A DNA stretch of 63,140 nt, filler included, from Reticulomyxa filosa (lineage: Eukaryota > Protista > Foraminifera): NCBI GenBank assembly GCA_000512085.1. It is 21 parts of 21 records of this genome, joined end to end, with 100 filler letters (N's around TTAATTAATTAA, not from the genome) between each part and the next. Parts side by side here need not be neighbours in the genome. Positions count along the whole stretch, not along the records: positions 1 to 2,611 come from ASPP01012851.1; positions 2,712 to 4,287 come from ASPP01042665.1; positions 4,388 to 14,853 come from ASPP01006259.1; 18 more parts are not named here. One strand, given 5' to 3'. Every line of letters begins with the position of its first letter. The stretch's first letter is position 1. Shown piece by piece: positions 1 to 10,700 of this stretch. Under the pieces are notes generated by a model. The model saw only the letters and a list, made by a program, of their open reading frames with translations. It did no database searches and was not told the DNA's origin. Both the position numbers and the translations under genes were made by a program.

Positions 1-39
<39 letters not shown>

Positions 40-76
40 CAACGCAATCACGTACACTGTAAATGCGCAGACTTAC

Positions 77-2583
77 CCAATATGGCCTTGTGCAAAAGCG
101 TAGGCAATCAAAGCCTGCAAGACAAAGGAACAAGCGAACCAAAACACATTGGCACAATTGCAACGGCAACAATCCCTAGCATATTTTGCGTCAGGAGGAT
201 CGCTTGTTACCATGTATTCGTTATCACTCAATTGATATTTATGTGACAATGCTTGAAATTGATTGGTTGGCGTCTTTCCTCAAACCAATCAAAAAAAAAA
301 AAAAAAGGAATTTAAAATCATAACAAAACGACAACAAAGAAAGCCAAACTGAAGATATGGGAGAAGAGAATTGCGTAGTTAATTTGGCAAAGAACTGACA
401 TGCCTCGACGCTGACAAAGTTGTAATAAACGTGGAACATTGAATCCGATTCAAACTGCACATAACATTGACACGTACCTTCTTGAGGAATAAACCAAGCA
501 ATTGGAATTTCAAATGCCATTTCCATTTCAAACAATGACCTCAGCAATACCTATGCAATTGCGACGATTTTTAAAAGAAAATTTTTTTTTTTTTTTGGAA
601 AGTGCGACAATTAACTAAAAACAAAAAACGTAGCTGTATTATTTTGTGAGGAGACAATGAATTCATATTTTCGTGTGTATTGATGATCAAAGCCAGACTG
701 CGGACATCGAGTAACCAAGAAGGCATATTCTCCAGAAGGCAGTCGTCGACAAAGCGGTTTTTGTTTGGTGGATTTTTGAGGGGACAATTTGTTTTCTGGG
801 TCATGCCATACGAACTCGGCGCCATAGTCATTCTCGTCGTCATGATTGCTCGTCTTTCGCTCGTGGAGCTTGTCGTCGGAAAGGAAAGGCCCATGGATCG
901 ATGTTCGCGTCACTGGTCCCGTTGGCGCCCACTGCTGATAATGACGAGGATGGGAATTAGAATGAGAATGAGGATGGGGAAAGAGAATTGACTTATGACT
1001 GAAATACTTGGACATGAAGAACACAAAGGACTTGGAAGTGATATGTCCGGATCCATTGATATTGAGTTCCTCGAATACGACGTCATACATTTCATCCCAC
1101 GAATAGTCCATCACCAACTGGCTCATCCTCGAGTAATGATCTCGCAACTGGTCATTCTTTCGAATGGACAGATTGCGTTCGGCCTTTCTTTGAATGGCCT
1201 TGAATAGCGGAATTTTCCAGAAATTGCATAGACGCAATGCGTGGCCCAAATGGTCTTTGGACAAAGACAAGCGCAAAATGGTGGCGTTTGAAGAGGGTTG
1301 GGAGACGGAGAATGGTGCTTTTTCATTGGAAGACCTGGTTTGCGAGCACAGATACTCAAAGAATTGCCCCCACAACAAGGTCCTTTGTTCCTCTTTGGAC
1401 AGTTTTTCAAGGGTGGTCGACTGCTGTCCCCCCAAGTGTCCCCGTTTGACCAGTCGTCTGGCACACTCGTGCAAGCGACGAGCGAAATGGTAATACAACG
1501 CCCTCTTTGTTTCCTGTGTCAACACCTGGCGTGCTTCCGTCTTGTGTGAAACATTGGCGCTCGTTGCCATCGACGAAATGGCCTCGATCATTTGTTTCCG
1601 ACCGGTCAGCGTAGAGTCAGCAGCTTTGACATCGACCTCTTGGCTTTTCCAGGGACGTGCATACGCATGTGTATGTGTATGCGTATGTGCATGTGCAGGC
1701 GCATGCAGCAATGACGATGAATGTTGCGGCGTTCCAAACAATATTTGGCCCTTTTGCAAAATGGTGTCCACAATGGTTTGTCGGGCCATTTCCAAATTGG
1801 ACATGTCTTGTAACGGAGTTTCCAAGAAGCGCATCCACATGTGAGGGGTGACGTGGATAGCAGACGAGGAAAGACGTGACAGATAAGATCGATTCGAAGT
1901 AACCCACGCAGAGTCGGAAGAAGAAGAAGAAGAAGAAGTCTGAGACGTATTGATTTGCGGAGATATGTCTTGGTCCCCTTGGTATCGGTATTCCTGGCAT
2001 TGCATTATCATTTCGGCAAAGTCCTGCTCACTCACAATTACATTCAACACTAACAAACACATCTTCAATGTCGAGGCGTTGGCGTATCCACGATTCTTTG
2101 TGTCCATCGATCCGAACATCATTTGCACCAATTCCCATAAATGTGCATTCTTTGGTTGATAGATTGCATTTGCATTTGTATTTGTATTTGTATTTGCATT
2201 TGTATTTGTATTTGTATTTGCATTTGCATTTAGTTTTGATTCCAATGGATTTAATGGCGGGACGAGCACGTGTGATGTCTCTCCACTTGTTACGTCTTTC
2301 ACTGCAGTTGAAGGAAAATCGCCATGGGATAGGAATTCATTGGATTTGGATTTGGATTTGGATTTGGACTTGGATTTAGACTTTGATTTCAATTTCAACA
2401 TTGGCTGCATTGGCGATTGCAATGACAACGGCGTTTGCTGTATGTCAAGGCCACAGGCTTGAGTCTCTTCGTGATGCTCGATCACTGTGACTTGTGGCGT
2501 CACACTTGCTGTTGCCGTGTTTGGCGTTGCAAATGGGTTTGTGGCGTCCACATTCACTTCCAATTTTCTCCCTACGCCTTCTG
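77..2583 (-). CDS. Partial multi-exon protein with two EF-hand-like motifs, low-complexity dipeptide tracts and a downstream Cys-rich/transmembrane segment; function unknown
   Basis: 665-aa ORF 611-2608 contains EF-hand-like loops FGSMDTKNRGYANASTL and FEELNINGSGHITSKSF. Further exons lie at ~239-547 and ~77-280 (reading ...ARDCCRCNCANVFWFACSFVLQALIAYAFAQGHIG), ending at a GTAAGT donor at 76. Confidence 0.55.
2164..2390 (-). repeat. Coding hexanucleotide microsatellites encoding (NA/NT)n and (KS)n dipeptide runs
   Basis: Plus strand shows (GCATTT/GTATTT)n at ~2164-2230 and (GGATTT)n at ~2341-2390 inside the 665-aa ORF. Confidence 0.9.
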
Positions 2584-2611
2584 CTGCAAAATACATACAC
2601 ACACACACACA

Positions 2612-2711
2612 NNNNNNNNNNNNNNNNNNNNNNNNNNNNNNNNNNNNNNNNNNNNTTAATTAATTAANNNNNNNNNNNNNNNNNNNNNNNNNNNNNNNNN
2701 NNNNNNNNNNN
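2612..2711. other. Artificial contig spacer N44-TTAATTAATTAA-N44 (first of 20)
   Basis: Identical 100-bp blocks with stops in all six frames at 2612, 4288, 14854, 19500, 21627, 26906, 29680, 33881, 35609, 40022, 42036, 43617, 44717, 47038, 48748, 50821, 55958, 59298, 60404 and 61774. Confidence 0.98.
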
Positions 2712-2756
2712 AAACATATTAGCATATCAGAGATTATTTTTTTGCAATTCTAGTTA

Positions 2757-4287
2757 CCGTCTTGGTTAATCAGAAAGAATTTGGAAGATTGCCATTTTTT
2801 GCACAAGCAAAATTGGGTATCATTTTCCTTGGCACTTGCATCTGTAAAAAATAATTCTTTGGCAATTTCGATTGCATTTTTGGTTGCCTCGTGCTTGTAT
2901 TGAATGGGATGATCGTAAACAAGTTTATTCTCAAGCAATTCGGAATCAACCAAAATTTTAAATTGTGTGAACAAGAACTTGAAGAATATGGTATATTGTA
3001 AAGGACTTTGTTGTATCGATGGTGTCAATCGATTGAAAAAGGATTTCATGAAGTCATTACAATTTATTGTATCTGGATTAGTGTTGGGCGTCTCAGACGA
3101 GGAATAATTCCGCTTTAACAAACCCGACTTTATAAGCCTGTTGAAGGAAAAGAAAAAAAAAAGCAATAAATATTCAATGCAAAAAAGATGTCAACAAATT
3201 CTCCACACTTTAGGTTGTCCGCTTGAAATTCTTTGATCCATTTAATACAATATTGTGCCTCTTTTCCAAATTGGAATGGGTTATTGTCCTTGTTTACATC
3301 AACTGTTGGAAATTTTGATCTAGGAAATAAAGTATACAAAACATCTGCTGCGGTTCCTGGAAATGAATCAAATTTGGACGGAATTTCAATGAAGAATGCC
3401 ATATTTGGATTCACATGGAAACTGCAACCATCGGTGTCAATGTGTTGTAAATACAATAATTGGAATAAGAAGTTATTCATTTCTTTGCCCACACAAGATG
3501 ATATATCCAAATGATACACCACCAAATCATCTTTGCTTCTCTTTTTCTTTGTTACTATTTCTTGATTATCCATTTTCGAATCATTATTGAATTGACATGG
3601 ATGATGTTGCCAAAATTTATTAATAGTAGAATCCCAATCAATTGTACTACCGTTAAATCTCACATAAATCTCTTCTAATTTTTTTTCTTCTTCGATGTCG
3701 TGCCGAATTCTCCATGTCTTTCCCATTCCAGCATTCTCTGACTTGTACAATTGAACAAACGGCTTTCGATTGATTCTTTCTGTTAAAAACGATCTCCATT
3801 CTTTCATATACAAAGAATCCTCCATATGTAATAAAACTATAACTTCCTTCGACTTGCGTTCAAAGTGTTGTAAAGTGACTGCTACCTCATTTTCTCTATT
3901 GGAAGAGAAAGTCACAAATAAATATGGACATTTGTCGCAATTCGGATTGACTTAATAACATGTGTTGCAAAAGTTTGATCACTTTGGTCGAAGTTCTCAA
4001 TGCCAATTTTTCAGGCTCAACCAAACAATACAATGGTGTTTGCGAATTTTTTTTGTTGTCTTTTTTGGTGCACAACAATGCTCGCAATAGCAAACATTCA
4101 ACTTCTTCTTCAGTTGTTGTTTCTTTGCAGATTAACACATGTTCTGATCGTGGGATCATTCCAAGCAATTTATACAAATTCGAGACTTTGGCAAATCCTT
4201 TCTTAGATTGAATTATCAAATTTGGTTCGCCTCGACACAATAGACTTACTTGTGCAGAGCAATTAGGTACAGTTTCATTGTTTTTTG
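2757..4287 (-). CDS. RNF213 (mysterin)-like giant AAA+ ATPase/E3 ligase, internal fragment around the first AAA module; one apparent frameshift near 3925
   Basis: GEPNLII, SEHVLICKETTTEEEVECLLLRAL, YKSENAGMGKT and VVYHLDISSCVGKEMNNFLFQLLYLQHIDTDG match, in order, RNF213 motifs as I recall them (GQPNLVV, DEVLLCTPATTFEEVALLLRRCL, ASERAGVGKS, VLFHLDVTSSV...FLFKLLILQYLMDING). Confidence 0.8.
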
Positions 4288-5289
4288 NNNNNNNNNNNNN
4301 NNNNNNNNNNNNNNNNNNNNNNNNNNNNNNNTTAATTAATTAANNNNNNNNNNNNNNNNNNNNNNNNNNNNNNNNNNNNNNNNNNNNTAATTTTTTAGTA
4401 TTTTTGCTTGTTTCCATCAAAAAAAATTGTAAAAAAACTTTTTTTGGAGTCAACAAGAATTTTTTTGTTTTAATTTGTAGTTTATTCAAAATTATAGGAA
4501 GGGTAATTTGAATGTACAAGAACGTACAATTGATTAGTCCATAAATACGTTCAAGAAAAAGGTAGTCATGATTTTGTCGCAATTTTGTGGGCAATAAAAG
4601 AAAATAAAATTGATAATTTTCCATTATTCATCCAACCTCTCAAAAGTACAAAATATTAACATTTTAACACACTTTATCCTTATTCCAATAATTTCCAAAA
4701 ACACAAAAGGGGAAATAAGAATTCAGTTTACTTATTTTCATAATCACCAGCCTCTTGGGAACGTTTTTCCCTTTAAAATGTAATTTAGTAAAGAAAATGT
4801 TCTGCTCCGTTTCTTACTTTTCTTTGTCAGTCAAAACGTGAAAAAATTATTTTCGAAAAATCAATATTGTTCTGAATAGAACAATCAATTGATTATTACT
4901 TAATGCAGTCAAACTGACCGAAATATTTTTGACAATATCCTTCATTATTCTTAAAAAAAACTTAACATCTTCCATTTTACATCATCAAAAACGATCTTAA
5001 TCAAAAAACAAAGAAGTTGAAAAATGAGAACCCTTAAAAATAGGAAGCAAACTTCAATACGACTGGCTTTCAAAAAAGCTGAGTCGTTTTTTTATTTACT
5101 ATGTGCAATTTGTGATCTGTATTTTTTCTGTTTCGAAGAGCACATAATATTATTTAAAATCTTTGAAGTATTGCCATTTTCATTGAATCTTTTCAAAGAA
5201 TACAACAGGTATAGAAAAAGTTTGTAAAAATCGGATAAAGAAAAAAGATGTTAATAAATTTGACAGGCAAACAGCAAAGTAATTTCATC

Positions 5290-5589
5290 GATAATGGACA
5301 TAAGTGTCGTGTAACTTTTGTTGAATATTCATCATTTGTAGAAGATATTAAAATTGATGATAGTTCAAATGTAATATGCTCTGGGTCATATGATAATACA
5401 ATTCGTTTTTGGGATATTCGATCAAATGAGAAAGAATTATATGTGGTCAAAGAAGACGATGAAGATAATGGAATATTATGTTTTAAATCCTTAAAATTAA
5501 AAAAAAGAAGAAAAAATAATCATCATCGTGGTTGTGAAATTAATTTGTGTTATGGTTCGTTTAATGATTTAATTCATATTTGGGGATAG
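5290..5589 (+). pseudogene. 3' remnant of the expanded WD40 family
   Basis: SSNVICSGSYDNTIRFWDIRSN...LCYGSFNDLIHIWG* matches the C-terminus of 58051-59124. The upstream repeats are missing. Confidence 0.75.
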
Positions 5590-5996
5590 TATCATTTTTT
5601 TAACAATAGGAAATTCAATCAAATAAATTAATATATATTTCAAGCATTTCTATTTTCCAATTAAACATCAATATTGTTATGATGAAAATTTTAAATCTCT
5701 TTCAGAAGCTTTACATCACGTAGATATAATTTTAAAAATATCACACATTTTTCTTTTCATGTGTGTTAATTACTAAAATTGTTTTTGTTGAAAAATAATG
5801 AAAAAAGATATTATTGTGGTATTGGTCTATGTTATGGTTCAGATAAATGCCCCATTCGTGAACACATATTAATGATTTTTAAACTGTACTACTATTCTTC
5901 ATTTCATAGATTGATTTTTTTTTTGAAGATTTTTGTTCTTTGAAAAACAAGAGAATGAATATTCTTTCAAAATAAAAATATACAAAATATAATAAC

Positions 5997-7043
5997 TCAA
6001 TTGTACCAATACAAAATTACAATCTTATCTTTTTCCATACATTCAAAAGGGATCATATTTGAATAAATTAATGATGGAACTTTCTTTACCAGAAAAAAAG
6101 TAATAGCATCAATTTTTTCACTTCTTTTTTTGCTGTTAATGTTTCTTCATTCCATTCACCTAATACACTATTGTATATTTTCCATGATTCTTCAAAATAT
6201 GTACATGCTGTTTTATCTTTTCCTATTTTTTGATAAATATATCCTATATTCCAATAAGAATCTGCAACATTTTTATTTATATTCCAAGTTTTTTTTATCT
6301 TTAAAGCTTTTTCATGACATTCAATTGCTTTATCATGTTGTCCTTTATGAAAATAAGGAATTCCTAAATCATCATATGAACACGCAACAAAGGGATGATT
6401 AACTCCAAAAATTTTTATTCGAATTACTAAAGCTTTTATATAATATTCAATTGCTTCATCATATTGTTTATTTTTATCATATCCATTACCAAAATGATCA
6501 CATATATTTGCAATCCAAGGATGATTAATTCCAAAATGATGTAAAAATATTTTATCCCATTCTCCACATATAATTCCTAAAAAAGTATATAAATCTGCGA
6601 CAAAAGGATGATTTGAACCAAAATTATCAATACAAATTTGTAAATTTTGTTGTGCATAAATTAATGCATTATCAAAAAGCTTTTCTTGTAGACATTGCTT
6701 TTTTTTATCTTCGAGATCTATCCAATATTATTAATTTTCTTTTTATTAAATATATCCAATAATCTTCAATTTGTTTTTTTGCAATACTATTATCATTTAT
6801 TAATGTATAAGTTGAATTTTTATTTGCATTCGAATGTATTTTATTTTTCCATTCAGAAGTGTTATTTGTAATAACAATTAAACCTTGTTCATTTTTTTCC
6901 ACCATTCTGTTCACTATTTTTGCTGCTTCTACGTTTGAGTCTATCCAAGATTTACTCCAATGTTTCTTCGAATTTAAAGTCTCAAAGGTAATTGTGTTGT
7001 CCGTAGTCAAAAACTCCTCGCATTTGTTTTCACTTGTATCCAT
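5997..7043 (-). pseudogene. Kinesin-light-chain-like TPR repeat gene with frameshift/internal deletions
   Basis: N-terminal ORF 6705-7043 shifts into a start-less open frame (~6718 to 5997) encoding FGSNHPFVADLY, FGINHPWIA..YDEAIEYYIKAL, FGVNHPFVACSYDDLG..HDKAIECHEKAL. The first TPR is internally truncated. Confidence 0.75.
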
Positions 7044-7713
7044 CTTTCAAAGATAATATTGATGGGATTTTTATTAAAAAGTTTTTTTTTGACTGAGTTT
7101 TAAATCGAATAGTACTCGTATTCTTTCTAATAATAGTACTTAACAAAATTTTGGCTCTAAAGATGTTTAAAATAGTGATTGGAGGAAAAAGTTATTCCAT
7201 AAAAAAGTACAACGGGTAAAACTTCACTGTCTGAATAATGTCCAATAGATAATGTAATTGCTTGAGCTTTTTCGTTGGCCAGACACATCCTTTGGCAAGA
7301 ACAACAACGGCAACTAAAACGAGTGGAGAGCGTAACGTTTTTTTAGTACTATGTGCCTTAACTTTTTGACACTGACTCTCAGTCCTCTCAATCATTTTTT
7401 TTAACTTTTTCATCAAAACAATAAACGTACTACCCTTTTTCATATTCTGACTAGCTTATTTTTCAAAGATAACTTGATTTCTGTGTTAATCACAAAGTCC
7501 ACTGGCAAAGGCGTTCTTAATCCTTGACAAAGGAATTTGAGACGGAAATGCTTTTGGTTTAAAATTTAACAGAGACTAAAATAATCAAAGCATAAAAAAT
7601 GTTTCAACAACAAAAATTTGTCTCCGAAAAAGCGCAGATTTTTTTTCTATAAAAAACTCTTCTCCATATTTATTTTTTTTTTGAAAAAAAATATCGATTA
7701 CTGGAAAGAAATA

Positions 7714-10700
7714 ATGCGTGATTTTGAGGTCGGTTTGCTTTTAAATGTTGCGAAGATAACTTTTCATTCCGTTTGTGCTTTTTGTGAAAACAAGGTTTCA
7801 ACCCGTTGCTGTTATTACGAACCAATATTGTCACTGATAAATCCGATGCGGCATCATGAAGAAGTTATTGATCGAAGTTTTAATGTGTTAGTTCAAACAT
7901 TATGTTCTCCTTTTAGAAGCACGAGTAACGAGGCCAATATTAATGATACGAATACCATAAAATGTCGCGGAGGAATGCAAAATGATAATGTTGGAAATAG
8001 CGAAAGTCGAAAGTATGCAAAAGAAATAAAGACATTACTTCGACTATTTGGGAGCATAGCTAACAAAGAAGAGTTGCAACAAAAAATAGAATATTACAAT
8101 GGGAATATCGAATTAGTAATTAAAGATGTTGTCCAACAATCGATTGAAAAAGAGGTGTAAAAAATATACAACCAGATATCTTTGTACTGTTAAATTGATC
8201 ATTTTACCTTTTTTTTTGTATAAAAAAAAAAACGAATACATCTGAATTGAAAGGCAAAGGCAGTAAATTGGAAAATATGGAACAGGTAAAAGAGAGTTGC
8301 TATATTTTGTGTCACAGTATTGTTTCATTTTGTTGTTTTTCAATGAAATAGAAACAACCGCAAAGAACTCGAGCAAATACAAGCAAGAATTCAAGCAAGA
8401 ATTTACAAAAAGAGATGGAAAAAACCGAAATCGGAGACACAAAACCAGGGATTAATTTGAAAGGTTATTGCAGTAATGATACTTGTTTGGCGTCAAAAGC
8501 AAAATTACCTGTTTGGATTAACATTGAATTTGCCAATATTAAATTTGTTTCAAACAAGACTTGCTTCTCTTGTCCTGATTGTAAAAGACCAACGGTCACA
8601 TCCATTATCAAAGCGATGTTTTACAATTCTGAACATTCCATTTGTGCAATTGGAGATACGATACCTGTGAAGGATAACAATTATCAATGTTCATATGTAA
8701 TCAAATCTGGACTGTCATATGAATTAAAGGCAAGCAAAATTAGACAGCATGCAAAGAGCATTGAAGATTTGAGAGAAAGGAGTGAAAATGCAATGAATAG
8801 CGTTGAAATTAAGAATTTGGTCGCAGAATTGCAAAAATATGACATCACAGTTGTGAAACCGCCTAGTTTGAAAGGAAATGACAGATTATTGGAAAAGATC
8901 AAAGCTGATTATGATGGTGATTTTAATCAAGCATTTGATATTGGAAGATTTACCATCTTATGTGATAATCCAACCAAATTACAAACTGCAGTGGCAGTGA
9001 TAAAGAAAGCAGAACAATTCAATTTAATCGTTTCAGAAGACAAGGATTTCTTTGACAAACAATCCAAGACGCATCACAGATTTCATAATATTAAATTGTA
9101 TGTTCCAAATCATGACGTATATATTGAAATGCAGGCAACATTGAAGAATTTTACAACATTGGAAGGATATACTGTCATTGAAAATCCAAAATTGAGTCAT
9201 TTATTTTATGAACACATTCGAGCATGGAAGCCTAATAATCCGTCAGAAGAGGAATTAAAACAAGCAAGTGATGAGACTTTGGCCAAAATCAACGATATAA
9301 TTTGTGAATGGCTTGACACAAAAGAAATCAAAAAAATCTCGAATCGTTATAAACCACATTCCGAAATTCAGTTATTGAAACCTCCACAATTGAAAGGATT
9401 GAATGAAGAACAAATCAATTCCAAAAAGGATATTACATTAAAATTGGCCAAATTTGTATATGATCAACTGTGTAAATTCAATCCAATGAGAATGAAAGGA
9501 CAAGCTATTTATGTGATTTTATTTGAATATTTCAAAAAATATATTATGGGTGAATCAAATCCGGCAAGTTGTGCTGATGTAATATCCATGTTGAATCAAT
9601 CAAGAAAGCAAGAACTAGAAGAAGACACGACCATGCTACAAGCCCTTGAGACATATATTCCATTGCAAGCAAATAACTATCCATACACGAACGATAATGA
9701 CAATGAAAAAAATGATTCATATGATTGTAATCAACATGTAATTAATTTGTTAGCAGAAGAAAAAGAGGAAAAAAGTGAACGACAAAAGCAAAAAGTAATT
9801 ATATTACAAGGGAAATCAGGATCAGGGAAAAGTTTGTTTTGTCGTCATTTAGAAGAAACTTTGTGGGAATCATATGCAAATGGCTCCACAATGTCTATTC
9901 CTGTTTATATCTCATTACCAAAATTTTATAATGAATTAAATGAAAAGCAAATCATTTCTCAAGCTTTACAAATGAAACAAATCAACAAAGAAATAATAGA
10001 CGTAATTCGTGAAAATATTTCATTTGTGTTTATTTTGGATGGATTTGATGAAATATTTGACAAATATAACAAAAATAACCATGATGAAAGATATTTTTTT
10101 TCTCGTTTCAATTTAGGTGAATGGAATGCAAAAACCATAGTTAGCTGTCGAAGTCATGTATTAAATGATGAAGATATTAACCAGGTTTTAACTGCCTCAA
10201 ATAGCACAGCAATGACATATTTGTGGCCTTTTTCAAAGGCACAAATGAAAGGATATATTGACAAATTTGTGAAGGTGAATAAAAAAAACAAAATGAATGA
10301 CAATTTGGATTGGACAATACAACAATATGAAGAAACATTGAACAATTATCCAAATTTGAACAAAATGATGGAAGAACCTTTTTTACTTCGAATGATATTA
10401 ACTGTATTACCATCGTTAATGAAGCAACATCCAGCGGGGACAAAAATATCCAAAGCACAAGTGTATGAAGCATTCAATGAACAGTGGATTGACATTCACA
10501 TAAAAAACATTTCAAATAAATTATCAGAATTAAGAATTCAAACAAATACTAAAAAGATCAAAGCAGCCTTTTATCAGTATTGTCAAGATTTAGCTTTTGA
10601 GATGTTTGTCCAAGGAAATCAGGTTGCAACAGAAAATCATGACACAAAATATGTGGACAACACAAGTTTGAGTAAATTGGATCCAACGATAGAAAAGATT

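Noticed and set aside
2656-2667. Recurring TTAATTAATTAA as a biological repeat or CRISPR-like repeat
   Set aside because: Always centred in fixed N44 padding and gives stops in all six frames; it is an assembly concatenation linker.
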